Positions 1 to 11,168 of a stretch of DNA of 64,000 nt are shown piece by piece. Every line of letters begins with the position of its first letter. Within the stretch, counting starts at the first letter, position 1. This DNA comes from an uncultured Acidobacteriota bacterium (GTDB taxonomy: Bacteria; Acidobacteriota; Polarisedimenticolia; J045), in the NCBI GenBank assembly GCA_963702425.1, contig CAVPCQ010000032.1:32001-96000 (forward strand). The letters are read 5' to 3'. Under the pieces are notes generated by a model, which made no database searches, was not told the DNA's origin, and worked only from the letters and a program-made list of their open reading frames with translations. A program made the position numbers and the translations under genes.

Positions 1-6
1 CGCGCC

Positions 7-20
7 GCAAGGGTAGCACC
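7..20 (-). promoter_or_regulatory. GGTGCTACCCTTGC motif, extended -10-like (TGn-TACCCT), pointing out of the window
   Basis: Reverse complement of 7-20 matches the motif at 4870, 8225, 22535 and 60338. Confidence 0.45.
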
Positions 21-187
21 GGGCACGGGCGGGAGGCATGCAGGACTCGAGCTCGCGTCCCCGGGGGCGGTGCGGCCGACATGGAGTCGCGAGATTTCCT
101 TTGACTCGGAAAGTCGTCAGGGGATAGCCTGCACGGCGCAGGTTCCTCGTTCTCCGGAACAGGGACCTGACCGCGCAGGAGGTCCGC

Positions 188-1102
188 ATGATCGAGCTGA
201 AGTCGGTTTCGAATCCCCAGCCGAAGGCCGCGCTCGAGGGCGCTTTCACCGAGGCGGTCCCGACTCGAGCGGTGACCGAAGGGCGGGCCGGCTCGGCCAG
301 TGCCGACACCTCGCGCTCCTTGAAGCACCTGGCCGCCAAGGGCCGCGGCGAGCCGCTGCGGAAGCGCTCCGCGCCGTCTGCTCTCGAGAGCATCATCGGC
401 CCGACGGACGACCGCGTCCGCATCCTCGACACCGATCTCACACCGTGGCGCATGGTCTGCGCGCTCCGAATGCGCGGTCCTTCGGGATCCGCGATCGGCA
501 CCGGGTGGTTCGTGGGACCGAAGACGCTGCTCACCGCGGGCCACTGCGTCTACTCCACGAGCTTCTTCGGCGGCTGGGCTTCGGAGATCGAGGTCAGCCC
601 GGGGCGCAACGGAAACGAGTTCCCGTTCAGGACGGTGAAGAGCCGCCGCTTCAGCTCGATCGATCGCTGGATCAACTCGGAGGACCCGGACTTCGACATG
701 GGGTGCATCCACCTGGACGAGCCGCTCGGCAGCGAGGTCGGCTGGTTCGCGGTGGGAGCGCTTCCCCCGGGTGACCTCGAGGGCTACCTGGTCAACGTGT
801 CGGGATACCCGGGAGACCGGGGAATGGGTACCGAGCAGTATCATCACAAGAACCGGGTGCTGCAGGTCACGGACCGGCGCCTCTTCTACGACGTCGACAC
901 GTTCGGCGGGCAGAGCGGGGCTCCCGTCTGGATCCACGAGACCGAGACCGCGCCACCGCTCGCGGTCGGCATTCACGCCTACGGCACCGGCGGCTCGCCC
1001 ACGGGGCTCGAAGCGAACTCGGCGCCGCGGATCATCCCGGAAGTGCTGGACCAGATCCGAGGCTGGGTGGAGGCAGACGGAGGGTGGCCCAAGAAGGCGT
1101 AG
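188..1102 (+). CDS. V8-like glutamyl endopeptidase (trypsin fold, S1B-like) with N-terminal pro-region
   Basis: GGAGG RBS; triad TAGHC / DFDMG / TFGGQSGAP; Thr190 and His213 (VGIH); predicted mature start SIIGPTDDR after SALE; no signal peptide. Confidence 0.9.
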   Translation: MIELKSVSNPQPKAALEGAFTEAVPTRAVTEGRAGSASADTSRSLKHLAAKGRGEPLRKRSAPSALESIIGPTDDRVRILDTDLTPWRMVCALRMRGPSGSAIGTGWFVGPKTLLTAGHCVYSTSFFGGWASEIEVSPGRNGNEFPFRTVKSRRFSSIDRWINSEDPDFDMGCIHLDEPLGSEVGWFAVGALPPGDLEGYLVNVSGYPGDRGMGTEQYHHKNRVLQVTDRRLFYDVDTFGGQSGAPVWIHETETAPPLAVGIHAYGTGGSPTGLEANSAPRIIPEVLDQIRGWVEADGGWPKKA

Positions 1103-1356
1103 CCCGGACCCGACATCGCATCGTCGTCCTCGACGAGGGCGGCCATCCCGTCGCCGACGCCGTGGTCGCCCTCGCCCGCAGCAGCGTGCCGTTCCCGGAG
1201 ATCGCGCTGCTGACGGACGACAAGGGCGCGGTCGAGTTGCAGCTTCCGCCCGGCGTCTTTGCCTTCCGGGCGCGCGGACCGGGGGACACTGCGGGTGACA
1301 CGGAGGTGACGAGTCCCGGTCCAACCGAAAGTGTCGTGCGCTTGAAGGCGCGCTGA
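1084..1356 (+). CDS. Small carboxypeptidase-regulatory-like (beta-sandwich) domain protein
   Basis: VLDEGGHPVADAVV...TDDKG..LQLPPG pattern; overlaps the upstream stop. Confidence 0.6.
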   Translation: MAQEGVARTRHRIVVLDEGGHPVADAVVALARSSVPFPEIALLTDDKGAVELQLPPGVFAFRARGPGDTAGDTEVTSPGPTESVVRLKAR

Positions 1357-1369
1357 AGGGAGGCTTCCC

Positions 1370-3008
1370 GTGGCCATTCTTCCCCAGGCATCCGGCGGGC
1401 TGATCGTCGCCCTCTCCGATTCGGCCGCACTCGAAGCGGCTTCGACCGGCTCGCGGCGGGCGGGACCCAGATTGCGGCCGCTGATTCCTGATCAGCCGCT
1501 CGAGGGAGCCCGAATGGAGGCGGGGCCGGCACCGCTCTTCGTCGGGACCCCGATCGCGGAGGCGGGCGGACTGCACCCGTGGGATACCGCCCACGAGGCG
1601 GTCCGTAACGCCAGGATCCTCGAATCGGCCGTCCCGATCGAGTACGCCGAGCCCGACCTGCTGCAGGCGTTCCCGTTCCAGCGCCCCCACGACGTGGGCC
1701 TCGAAACCAGGCGGGAGCCGTGCACCATCGATCCGATGGACGACGACTGGCCGCCGGACGTCGTGCAGTTCGGGTGGCATCTCGACGACGTGCACTCCGG
1801 GCTTCGGGCCGCGCGCAGACTTCGTCGGCGACCCGGGCGATGCGCGGCTGCGCATCGGCATCCTCGACACCGGCTACGATCCCGCCCACGCGACCGCTCC
1901 GCTGCACGTCTCCAAGGGGCTTCAGCGCAACTTCGTCGAGAAGGACCGGCCCCACGACGCGGCCGATCCGGGGGTGCACTTCCCCGGTGCCCAGCCGGGA
2001 CACGGCACCGCCACCATCGCTCTGCTCGCCGGCAACCGGGTGAAGCCGCCGCTGGTGCCCCGCGGGTTCGACGACTTCCTGGGCGGAGCCCCGTTCGCGG
2101 AGGTCGTCCCGATTCGCATCGCCAGCTCGGTCATCCACTTCTACACCAGCGCGATGGCCATGGGCATCGACTACGCCGTGGACGCGGGCTGTCACGTGGT
2201 GTCGATCAGCATGGGGGGCGTCCCCTCGCGCGCCTGGGCCCGGGCCGTGAACCGGGCCTACGAGCGGGGGATGACGATCGTCGCGGCGGCCGGCAACAAC
2301 ATCGCCGGTCTCCCGACCACAGCCCTCGTTTACCCGGCGCGCTTCTACCGCGTGATCGCGGCGTGCGGGGCCACGTTCGACAAGACGCCGTACTTCAAGC
2401 GCGGCCACCTGGGCATGATGGGCAACTTCGGCCCCCCGGGGAAGATGGAAACGGCGATGGCCGCCTACACGCCCAACATCCCGTGGGCCGAGATGGGCTG
2501 CCGCGACGTCGTCAGCCTGAGCGGCGGCGGCACCTCGTCTGCCACGCCACAGGTCGCGGCGGCGGCGGCCCTCTGGCTACAGCGCCAGGCCCCCACTCAC
2601 AGCGCGCAGCCGTGGCGGCGGGTCGAGGCGGTGCGGCACGCGCTATTCGAGACCGCGGATGCCCGGAAGCCGAAGTACTTCGGCCACGGGCTCCTTCGTG
2701 CCCGTCAAGCGCTGGACGTCGCGCCGGCTCTCGGGTTGAAGAAGGCGCCCGAGGACAAGGTGAGCTTCCCCTGGATCCGGATGCTGCTGAAGCTCGAGGC
2801 GGCACCCTCGGGCCGGCTCGAGATGTACGAGCTGGAGGCGCTGCAGCTCTTCCTCAGCTCGCCCCGCCTGCAGCGGATCGTTCAGGGAGCCGATCCGGAC
2901 ATCGACAAGCTGTCGGCCGCCGAGCGGAAGAAGCTGTTCGATGCGCTGAAGTCACACCCGGCCGCGTCACGGGCCCTGCGATCGTTCGTGGAAACGGGAA
3001 AGCTGTAG
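1370..3008 (+). CDS. S8 subtilisin-like serine protease, frameshift near 1817 (probable sequence error)
   Basis: Pro-domain to ~1815, then the shifted frame gives DFVGDPGDARLRIGILDTG (Asp), HGT (His), AAGNN, GTSSATP (Ser). Confidence 0.85.
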
Positions 3009-3109
3009 CGCCTGAGGGCGGTGGTGGCGATGGTCCGCCCGCCGCTCGAAGGTGCGGGCGCTCGCCCGGTACAGGCCCCGGAAACGCGGAGGTCCGGGGA
3101 ACTCCGCTC

Positions 3110-4685
3110 CTACACCGCCTGAATCGTACGCATCAGGTCCACCAGACCGTGGCCCTGGAAGTAGCGCTCGCGGCCGAGATCGGTCGCATGGGCCAGGAAG
3201 ATCTCCTTGACCCGCTCCGGACGGGTCTGGAACTCTCCCCGGAGGGACAGGAACGCGGCAATGCACCCGGACACGTGGGGCGCAGCCATGCTCGTCCCGC
3301 TCTGTTCGATGAACTCGTAGGTCTTCCCCGTCACGGCGGCAAGACGATCGCACTCCTTCGCGAACTCGCCGACGGCGCAGGACAGGATCTTCTCGCCCGG
3401 TGCCACCAGATCGGGCTTGAGCCGGCCGTCCGCGGTAGGGCCCTTCCCCGAGAAGTACGACACGCCGTACTCGTGCGGCATGTAACCATGCGTCGCCCCG
3501 ACCGTGAGTGCGAGCGGGGCGTTGCCGGGGTCACGGATGCTCAACGGCAGCCCGGCGCTGACCGTTCCCTTGAACTGGGTGTGTCTGGGGCCGTAGCCTG
3601 CGTTGCCCGCCGCGACGACGACCACGACGCCGGACTTGACCAGCCCATCGACTGCCCGGCACAGCGGACTGGAACCGCATGCGAACCAGAGCGGGTCGAA
3701 GTCGTACCCGAGACTGATGTTCACGCCGTGGATGCGTGGGACCAGCCCGTCACCGTTGACGTCCCGCACGTATGCGAGCGCCGCAATCAGATCGCGTCGT
3801 CCGGTCCACCTTCAGGCTCACGATCTTGCATTGCGGCGCCACCCCGCGGAGCTCCCGCGCGGTTCGTTCCTGGACCGATCTGTTTCCCAATTCATCGGCC
3901 ACATAGGCGACGCCGCGTACCACCTCCTCGTCCGATCTCGGGGACGTCTCGCCGGCGATGATGCCGGCCACGTGTGTCCCATGACCGATCTCGTCACGGA
4001 GTTCTTCCGGATTCAGAGGTTTGGGCTCGGGAAGCGAGAAGTCCATGTGCTGAAGGCCCAGCCTGTCCAGGTCGAGGTTCTGGTACTTCTCGAAGTGCCT
4101 GTGCTGCTGGACGCCGGAGTCCAGGACCGCCCACACGATGCCCTCTCCCGTGGCACCGAACGCCACGCGCGCGGCATCCGCCTTGACGGTGCTGACGGAG
4201 CGATCCAGGTACAGCTCCAGCTTGAAATCCTCCCAGATCTTGTAGATCGGCTGTTGCGGCTGGCCGGCGCCACGGGAGCCCGCGCCGCCGCGCAGCGGCT
4301 TTCCCGGTTCCCGATTCCATCTCGCCAGCTCGCGGATCTGGGCTGTCGTGAGATCCGCGAACACGTAGTGCCCGCCCAGTTCGCTCTTGCGTTGGAAGAG
4401 GTACGGTTTCCCTGCCTGGTAGTCGGCGGCACCTCCGGCATTCAGGCCCAGGATCGACTTCAGGTGGTCCATGACATGCTGCTTCGTCGCGCGCGGACCG
4501 TCACTGTGTCGGAGGTTCACCTCGACGACCACGGAGTGCACGGACGAGCCTTTCCTGTCCCTTTTCATGTGCTGCCGCAGCGGGTTCGTGATGACCGTCG
4601 TGTCCAGGTCCTGCAGTGCCGCGTCCTCGTCCGGCGACTTGACCGAGTCACTGTCACGGGGATCTTCGTTGGGGTTCTTCGTCAT
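3110..4685 (-). CDS. S8 subtilisin-like serine protease, frameshift/deletion near 3800
   Basis: ATG 4685 with GAGGGG RBS; [14 protein letters not shown], then in a second frame AAGN and GTSMAAPHV. Confidence 0.85.
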
Positions 4686-4869
4686 GAGCGCTCTCCCCTC
4701 GCCGCATCTTCCCCGGAACCGCCCCCGGAATGCCAGGCAGCGGGTTCGTTGCGCTCCACCACCGCGGGAGGCTCTGCTGGCTCCGATGATAGCGCCCCTC
4801 GGGATCATCGAGAGCCTTCGGGTCGCTCTGGAAGAAACGGAGCGGTAATTGGCACCGCCGCCCGGCCCC

Positions 4870-4885
4870 GGTGCTACCCTTGCCG
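4870..4885 (+). promoter_or_regulatory. GGTGCTACCCTTGCCG extended -10-like motif upstream of the UDG-amidohydrolase pair
   Basis: Identical 16-mer at 8225-8240; lies about 65 nt before ATG 4950. Confidence 0.5.
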
Positions 4886-4949
4886 CATTGGCGGGACGCG
4901 GGCCGGGCCGCTCATCGGCACGCCTCACGCCCCGGACTGGAGGGATACC

Positions 4950-5769
4950 ATGGCGCTCGCCTTCGATCCCGGTTACGGCAAGGAGCCGTTTCGGACCCTT
5001 TGTCAGAACTACCCCGGTGCGGACGTCTATCCGGCCGGGGATTTCCGCCTCGAGTGGGGACCGATCTTTCACCGGGGGCGACTCGACGGCAGCGCCCGCG
5101 TGCTGGTGATCGGGCAGGACCCGGGTCAGCACGAGGCGATCGCCCGTCGCATTCTCGTCGGCGAAGCCGGTCAGCGCGTGCAAGGCCTGCTGGCGAAGCT
5201 CGGCATCGAGTCGAGCTACGTGATGATCAACGCGTTCCTCTACAGCGTCTATGGCCAAGGGGGCGGCAACCGCCACAAGGGCGATCCCGCGATCACTCAG
5301 TACCGGAATCAATGGCTCGACGCGCTGCTGCTCAAGCGCAGGGTAGAGGCGGTCATCGCGTTCGGCTTGCTGGCCGACGGGGCGTTCAAGCAGTGGCGGC
5401 AGACAGCGTCCGGTCAGAAGTTCAAGGGCGCCTACCAGGCGCTGATCCATCCGACCTATCCCGACAGCTCATCGAAGGGCGACGCGACCAAACGGGCCGA
5501 GGCGATGGCGAAGATGCTTGCGGGTTGGAATGCGGGCCTGCAGGCCCTCTCGCCGGCGATCAAGCACCCCGATGTGCAACGACCGTTGAACGCTCTACGG
5601 AACCGCGCTGAAGGACTCCGATCTGACGGTCATTCCGGCGGCCGATCTGCCGGCCGGTCTGCCCGAGTGGATGCGCTCGCTCGATACCTGGGCCGAGCGG
5701 GAGGGAACCACGGCCCCGTTGAAGCGCGCGACGATCGTGGTCACGGTTCCCAAAGCCTTTCGCCCCTGA
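4950..5769 (+). CDS. Uracil-DNA glycosylase superfamily protein, frameshift near 5590
   Basis: GGAGGG RBS; motif A VIGQDPG, ILVGEAG, MINAF, motif B-like IHPTYP; the shifted frame continues TLYGTALKD...KAFRP to TGA 5769. Confidence 0.75.
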
Positions 5770-5784
5770 CGATCGGAGACGCTC

Positions 5785-7194
5785 ATGTCGACATCGCACC
5801 GAGATCATGGCCGAGACCACTTCGAGGAAGCCTATATGGAGGGGATCTTCGAGGAGATCCCCGAGGCTCCAGCGCCACACCGGCCCGGTCGCGCACCGAC
5901 GGAGGCGGCCACCGCCCCCGGTGTCGCCTGGGCGCTGAAAGGCTGCATCCTGACGCCGGACGACGCGATCGAAAACGGCTTCGTCGAGATTCTCGCCGAT
6001 CGCATCGTCCGGGTTGGAACCGCCGCGCCAGCGGCTGGAACGCCGACCATAGAGACCGAAGGAGTGATTCTCCCGGGTTTGATCGATCTGCACGGTCATC
6101 CCGAGTTCAACATCTTCGCCGCCTGGGAACCGCCCAAGCTCTACGCCAATCGCGGTCGCTGGCGGGACAGCAAGGAGTACGCCGCGCTCGTTCGCGGACC
6201 GATGAACAAGCTCAAGGAGGTTGCGGGCATCGGACCGGTTCTGACCCGCTATGCCGAATCCCGGGCGCTCGTCGGGGGCGTCACCGCGATTCAGGGAGGG
6301 AGCGCGAGGTACGCCAACAAAGAGGAATCGCTGGTACGCAACGTCGACTTGCGGATCTTCGGCGCCCACAAGGCGCGGGCGATCATCGACCTCGACGACC
6401 GGCAGCGCGATCGCTATCCGCAGCTCCGCAAGCAAATCGACGACGGTGAGGTCGCCGCGCTCTATGTCCACCTCGCCGAGGGTGTCGACGACACGTCGAG
6501 GCGCGAGCTGGCCAAGCTGGAGGGCTACAATCTTCTGACAGCGGCGACGGTGCTCATCCACGGTACGGCGCTGACGCCGGATCAACTGGGTGACGTCAAG
6601 GATGCCGGGGCCAAGCTGGTCTGGTCGCCGCAAAGCAATCTCCGGCTGTATGGCCAGACAACCAACGTGGCCGAGGCGATCAAGCTGGGCATTCCGCTCG
6701 GTTTGGGCGCCGATTGGCTGCCCAGCGGAAGTCCAAGCCTGCTGGCTGAGCTGAAGATCGCGCGCCGGACACTGGCGTTGCAGGGTGCGCCGGACGATCC
6801 GAAGCGTCTGGTCAGGATGGTCACCTCGACCGCGGCGATGATCGCCGGCCTCTCCGACCACCTCGGCACGATCGCCGTCGACCGCCCGGCCGACTTGCTC
6901 GTGCTGGAGCGGCACTACGACGACCCTTGGGAGAACGTACTCGCGGCCGATCCGGCCTGGGTGGACCTGGTCACCATCGGCGGCGACCTGGCCTATGGTC
7001 GCGAAGCGTGGATTCGCAAAGTTGCCGACCCGAACGCGGTCGGGGCGCTGGAGAAGGTGCTGGCCTGGGGCAAGCCGATGGTGGTCGATACCAGCTATTC
7101 GGTGCTGAAGACCGCGTCGGCCCCGCCCCGATTGGCCGATCTCCGCAAGACGCTGATCGACAATTACCCGGGGGTCGGTCCGATCTTCACCTGA
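5785..7194 (+). CDS. Amidohydrolase superfamily (deaminase-like) metalloenzyme
   Basis: [42 protein letters not shown] motifs; the start could be 5836. Confidence 0.85.
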   Translation: MSTSHRDHGRDHFEEAYMEGIFEEIPEAPAPHRPGRAPTEAATAPGVAWALKGCILTPDDAIENGFVEILADRIVRVGTAAPAAGTPTIETEGVILPGLIDLHGHPEFNIFAAWEPPKLYANRGRWRDSKEYAALVRGPMNKLKEVAGIGPVLTRYAESRALVGGVTAIQGGSARYANKEESLVRNVDLRIFGAHKARAIIDLDDRQRDRYPQLRKQIDDGEVAALYVHLAEGVDDTSRRELAKLEGYNLLTAATVLIHGTALTPDQLGDVKDAGAKLVWSPQSNLRLYGQTTNVAEAIKLGIPLGLGADWLPSGSPSLLAELKIARRTLALQGAPDDPKRLVRMVTSTAAMIAGLSDHLGTIAVDRPADLLVLERHYDDPWENVLAADPAWVDLVTIGGDLAYGREAWIRKVADPNAVGALEKVLAWGKPMVVDTSYSVLKTASAPPRLADLRKTLIDNYPGVGPIFT

Positions 7195-7199
7195 GCGAG

Positions 7200-8216
7200 G
7201 GGGGTGCGGGTTGACGTATGGCGACTCGTCAATGACGGCCTCCAACAGGGCGCTGTCGTAGGAGTCGCCGACGTTGCCCACGGACGGGTCGATCCGACCG
7301 TCGTCGCCTCGTTATCGCATCCCTCTCCTGCATTGAGGTGTTGCAATGACCGATTGAAACCAGCCTGCGATCCGCGGCCACTGTGGTGGATCAGTTTGGG
7401 GGAGCAGGGACGTGGCCACAAAGCTCGCTCGAGGGCATCGAGGACCGGATCTGTCCGCATCGAGGTCGACGCACGCCAGCCTACGATGTGACGACCGGAG
7501 ACATTGACCACGCAGACGAAGTAGACAAGGCCGGACCAGGAGGCCAGGTAGGTAAAGGCGGCATCGCACGGGTCGTTCGGACGGAGGGCCTTGAGGCGAC
7601 GATCGACGAGGTCCGGCGGACGGCTTCTGCCGTGCTCGGGCATGGTGGTGATCGCATTCCGGCTGCGTACAACGCCCCTGAGGCTCATCAGTCGCATCAG
7701 GTGCTCGACCGTGCACCGGGCCACGTCGACCTGCTCGCGGTCCGGCTGGCGTTAGATCTTCCGGCCACCGTAGACCTTGAAGCTCCTGTGCCAGACACGC
7801 TCGATCTGTTCGTGAGGCTTGGCGTCACGCTTCAGTTGCTCCGGCAGGAGCATCAGATCCTGCTGGCGGGCCTTCAGCTCGTAGTATGTGGACGGGGCGA
7901 TCGGCGGCATGCTGCAGATCGACTCGACCCCGTACGATTCGCGCTGGCGTCGATCAGCAAGAGCATCATCTCGGTCGACGATCGAGCTCCACCTAGGCCA
8001 CAACTGGCCGACGCCTTCCACAGAAGCCGATTCGCCCGCAGGAGCTCCCCGGTCACCTGCGCCAGCTCGGCCAGCCGCTCCCGCTCGTCAGGCCCGGCCG
8101 CCGGCCCAGATCCCGTTCGCCGGGCGGACCCTCTGACGAGGAGCCGCAGCCGAACAGCCGATCTTGGCGGTGCTCGACCCGAACGCCACCCACTGGGACT
8201 CATGCTCGGCCTGGTG
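7200..8216 (-). mobile_element. Degenerate IS3-family element (partial orfA plus orfB integrase core)
   Basis: orfA-like HQAEHESQW..AKIGC; orfB-like YGVESIC, VYGGRKI, VARCTVE.LM, FTY, IVGWR, HHSGRGSQ, GDSYD; multiple frameshifts. Confidence 0.8.
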
Positions 8217-8224
8217 CCCGCCTC

Positions 8225-8240
8225 GGTGCTACCCTTGCCG
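8225..8240 (+). promoter_or_regulatory. GGTGCTACCCTTGCCG extended -10-like motif upstream of the protease-protease-NLR operon
   Basis: Identical to 4870-4885; about 65 nt before ATG 8305. Confidence 0.5.
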
Positions 8241-8304
8241 TGTCGTGAAGCCCACGCCGGAGCGTCTGTCCGCGGCGCCCATCGACGGGTGAGAGGAGGT
8301 AGCG

Positions 8305-9468
8305 ATGTCAGTTTCCGACCAGAGGAGCCCTGCGGCACGCTTCCTGCGAAAGCTGTCGCACGGCGTCGCCGGTGCCCGCACGGGGGCGGTGGAGGCGGCG
8401 ACCTCGGAGGCGCTCTCCGCCGAGCACGCGGACGAAGCGCTCGAGCGAACCATCCAGACGATCGAGCGCGAGTCCGGGGCGAAGCTGGACCCGACGTCGC
8501 GGGCGGAGCTGGAGAGACTCTTCCGCGAGGACGCCAAGCGCGCCATCGAGCAGCTCAAGAAGGAGGGCGTGAAGGCCGAGCTCGACGCCCGGCAGGAGGC
8601 CGCGCTCGAGGCCATCGTGGAAGTCGACGGCTCGCGGCCGACGCTCGCCGTCTCGGCCGAGGACTGGATCGACCTCGACGACCAGACGCTCGGTCAGTGG
8701 CGTGGGGTGGCGAAGAAGTTCGCCGAGCAGATCTCGGCGGTCGCCACCGCCGTCGGTCGGATCGATCTGGACGGGAGACACAAGGGGACGGGCTTCGTGG
8801 TGAAGGGGGGGCTCATCCTCACGAACCGACACGTCCTTCAGGAGCTCGCCCATCAGCGCAGCTCCGGAGAGTGGGAGTTCAAGGGGGAGCCGACGATCAC
8901 CTTCGACGCGAACCCGGAGAAGAGCCGTAGCCGTCAGTTCAAGATTCGGCCGAAGGTGATCCTGGCCGGACCGGACGTCATCGATCCTGCGGCCGTCGAC
9001 TACAACAAGCTGGACTTCGCGATCCTCGAGTGCGAGCCGACCGGCGGGCAGACCTTCCCGGCGCCGCTGTCGCTCGAGAGCGACGCCGACAAGATCGCCG
9101 AGGGGAGGCCCATCTTCGCCATCGGCTACCCGGCCCATCCGGGCTACGACACCTATGAGAGCAACGTGCTCGACAGGCTGTTCCGGTACCGCTACGGCGT
9201 GAAGCGCTTCTCACCCGGCGAGATCGATCGCGGCCTGGGAAGCGCCACCGACGGGACAGGCGAAGCGGTCTTCGCTCACGACGCGACGACCCTCGGGGGG
9301 AACTCCGGCTCCTGTGTGGTCGACCTCGGAAACGACGGGCAGTTGGTGGTGGGACTGCACTTCGCAGGGGTTCCCAAGCAGGCGAACTACGCTCACTCGA
9401 ACGCCCGGCTCCGCGACCGGCTCGCGGACCTCGGACTCAGCTGGAAAGAGTGGATCCCGGTGAGGTGA
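8305..9468 (+). CDS. Trypsin-like serine protease with helical N-terminal pro-domain
   Basis: GAGGAGG RBS; GTGF, LTNRHV, LDFAIL, TTLGGNSGS, VGLHF; AALEAIV at the pro-domain junction. Confidence 0.9.
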   Translation: MSVSDQRSPAARFLRKLSHGVAGARTGAVEAATSEALSAEHADEALERTIQTIERESGAKLDPTSRAELERLFREDAKRAIEQLKKEGVKAELDARQEAALEAIVEVDGSRPTLAVSAEDWIDLDDQTLGQWRGVAKKFAEQISAVATAVGRIDLDGRHKGTGFVVKGGLILTNRHVLQELAHQRSSGEWEFKGEPTITFDANPEKSRSRQFKIRPKVILAGPDVIDPAAVDYNKLDFAILECEPTGGQTFPAPLSLESDADKIAEGRPIFAIGYPAHPGYDTYESNVLDRLFRYRYGVKRFSPGEIDRGLGSATDGTGEAVFAHDATTLGGNSGSCVVDLGNDGQLVVGLHFAGVPKQANYAHSNARLRDRLADLGLSWKEWIPVR

Positions 9469-9471
9469 TAG

Positions 9472-11148
9472 ATGAAGGCACAGGCCGACGCTCTGCTGAA
9501 AGCCCTGGCCGAGTCGGGATGCCAGGGGGCGCGAGACCGGATGTCGGACCTCGTCGACGCGATTCGGGCCCCGATCGACGGCGATGTGACGCGCGCCGTG
9601 CTCGACACGCTTCGGAGCTACCGATGCTTCGCGCTCATGCAGACCTTCGCCACCGAAGCGGCGAAAGTCGCGCAAGGCAATCTCCTGATCTACGTGAAGC
9701 GGCAGCTGGCCCAGGCCAAGATCGAGCTCGGCCATCTCGACGAGGCCGTCACCCTCCTCGAAGCTCTCGCGCAGGACGTCGAGCATGGTGGCTCTGCCAA
9801 GGAGCGGAGCGAGGTCACCGGCCTGTTGGGCCGGACGCACAAGCAGCGCTTCGTCGAGGCGGTTGCCGGGGGAGCGAAGGGAGAGGACGAGCTACGGGCC
9901 GCCGTGCGGGCCTACGGCCAGGTCTTCGACCTGGACCGGGCGTGGCACGGCGCCAACATCGTGGCTCTGGTGGCGAGGGCGGAGAGGGAGGGTCTCTCGG
10001 CGGGCACCGACAACGCGGAGACTTGGGCGCGACGCCTTCTCGATGCGCTCCAGGAGAAGGCCCGTCCCGAGTGGAGTCCCTGGGACTATGCCTCGGCGGG
10101 GGAAGCGTATCTCGCTCTCGGCGACAAAGAGAACGTCGCCGGCTGCTTTGCCCACTACTGGAACATGGCGAACGCGGACGCGTTCGCTCTCGCGGGCACT
10201 GAACGGCAGCTGAGGGAGATCTGGCAGATCACGAGCGAGTCCGCTGACAAGCTGCTGGCCTCTCTCCTCGTGCACCTCGAAGCCAGGAAGTTGGCCGCTC
10301 CAGGGGGCGGCGCACGTTACACCGCGGCCGATCTCCAGACGCTGGCGACGCAGCTCCAAGCGGCAACGGGAAAGGCCGAGGCTACCTTCGGAGCCGGGAG
10401 CGGCATCCCCCTCGGCAGAGTGCTCCGTATTCTCGACAGGGCGAAGTCCATCTGCCGGATCGCAGACATCCACGATCCAAAGAGAGCTGGTACCGGGTTC
10501 CTCGTGAACGGGCCGGACCTGAGTCCTCCCGTCGATGGGGTGTTCGTTCTCACAAACCACCATGTGCTCCACGGAGACGAAGCGGGCGATGCGCTCCTGG
10601 CGAGCGAGGACTACCGGGCTTCGATCGACGTCCAGCGGGCGCAGGCGGAGTTCCACTACTGGGAAGGACTCCCCAAGTCCCGGACGATCAAGCTCGGGAA
10701 GGTGATTCGCTCGTCACCGAGGTGTGAGGCGGATTTCGCCTTGGCTTCCCTCTCGGAAGCGGTCCCCGCGAACCTCGCGCTCCCCTTGTCGCGAACGCTG
10801 AAGCCCCTCGGGTCCCGCAACTTCACGGATCCGAAACGGCGGGCCAAGGTCTTCGTCGTCGGCCATCCGCAGGGGGGCGATCTCAGCTTCAGCCTCAGCG
10901 ACAACGAGGTCGTCGACCACGAGCTGGACGACAATCCCTGCGGTCATCCCCGGCGCATCCACTACCGCACCCCCACCGAGCCTGGAAGCTCGGGGAGCCC
11001 CGTGTTCGAAAGCGAGACGCTCGAGGTGGTCGGCCTGCATCGATCGGGGCGAGCGGATCCGCTGCGCCCCGATTGGCCGCGCACCAAGAGCGACGAGGTC
11101 TACGAGGCCAACGAGGCCGTCTCCATGCGGTCGCTGCTGGGCCTCTGA
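9472..11148 (+). CDS. TPR-like (MAP3K TRAF-binding-like) domain fused to a trypsin-like serine protease
   Basis: N-terminal GLLGRTHKQ..WHGANI..WDYASAGEA helical repeats; C-terminal GTGF, LTNHHV, ADFAL, TEPGSSGSP, VGLH. Confidence 0.85.
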   Translation: MKAQADALLKALAESGCQGARDRMSDLVDAIRAPIDGDVTRAVLDTLRSYRCFALMQTFATEAAKVAQGNLLIYVKRQLAQAKIELGHLDEAVTLLEALAQDVEHGGSAKERSEVTGLLGRTHKQRFVEAVAGGAKGEDELRAAVRAYGQVFDLDRAWHGANIVALVARAEREGLSAGTDNAETWARRLLDALQEKARPEWSPWDYASAGEAYLALGDKENVAGCFAHYWNMANADAFALAGTERQLREIWQITSESADKLLASLLVHLEARKLAAPGGGARYTAADLQTLATQLQAATGKAEATFGAGSGIPLGRVLRILDRAKSICRIADIHDPKRAGTGFLVNGPDLSPPVDGVFVLTNHHVLHGDEAGDALLASEDYRASIDVQRAQAEFHYWEGLPKSRTIKLGKVIRSSPRCEADFALASLSEAVPANLALPLSRTLKPLGSRNFTDPKRRAKVFVVGHPQGGDLSFSLSDNEVVDHELDDNPCGHPRRIHYRTPTEPGSSGSPVFESETLEVVGLHRSGRADPLRPDWPRTKSDEVYEANEAVSMRSLLGL

Positions 11149-11168
11149 GGCCCTCCGGGGAGGACGAC

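Noticed and set aside
4849-4866. TTGGCAC as a second sigma-54 promoter
   Set aside because: It lacks the TTGC -12 element at the required spacing.
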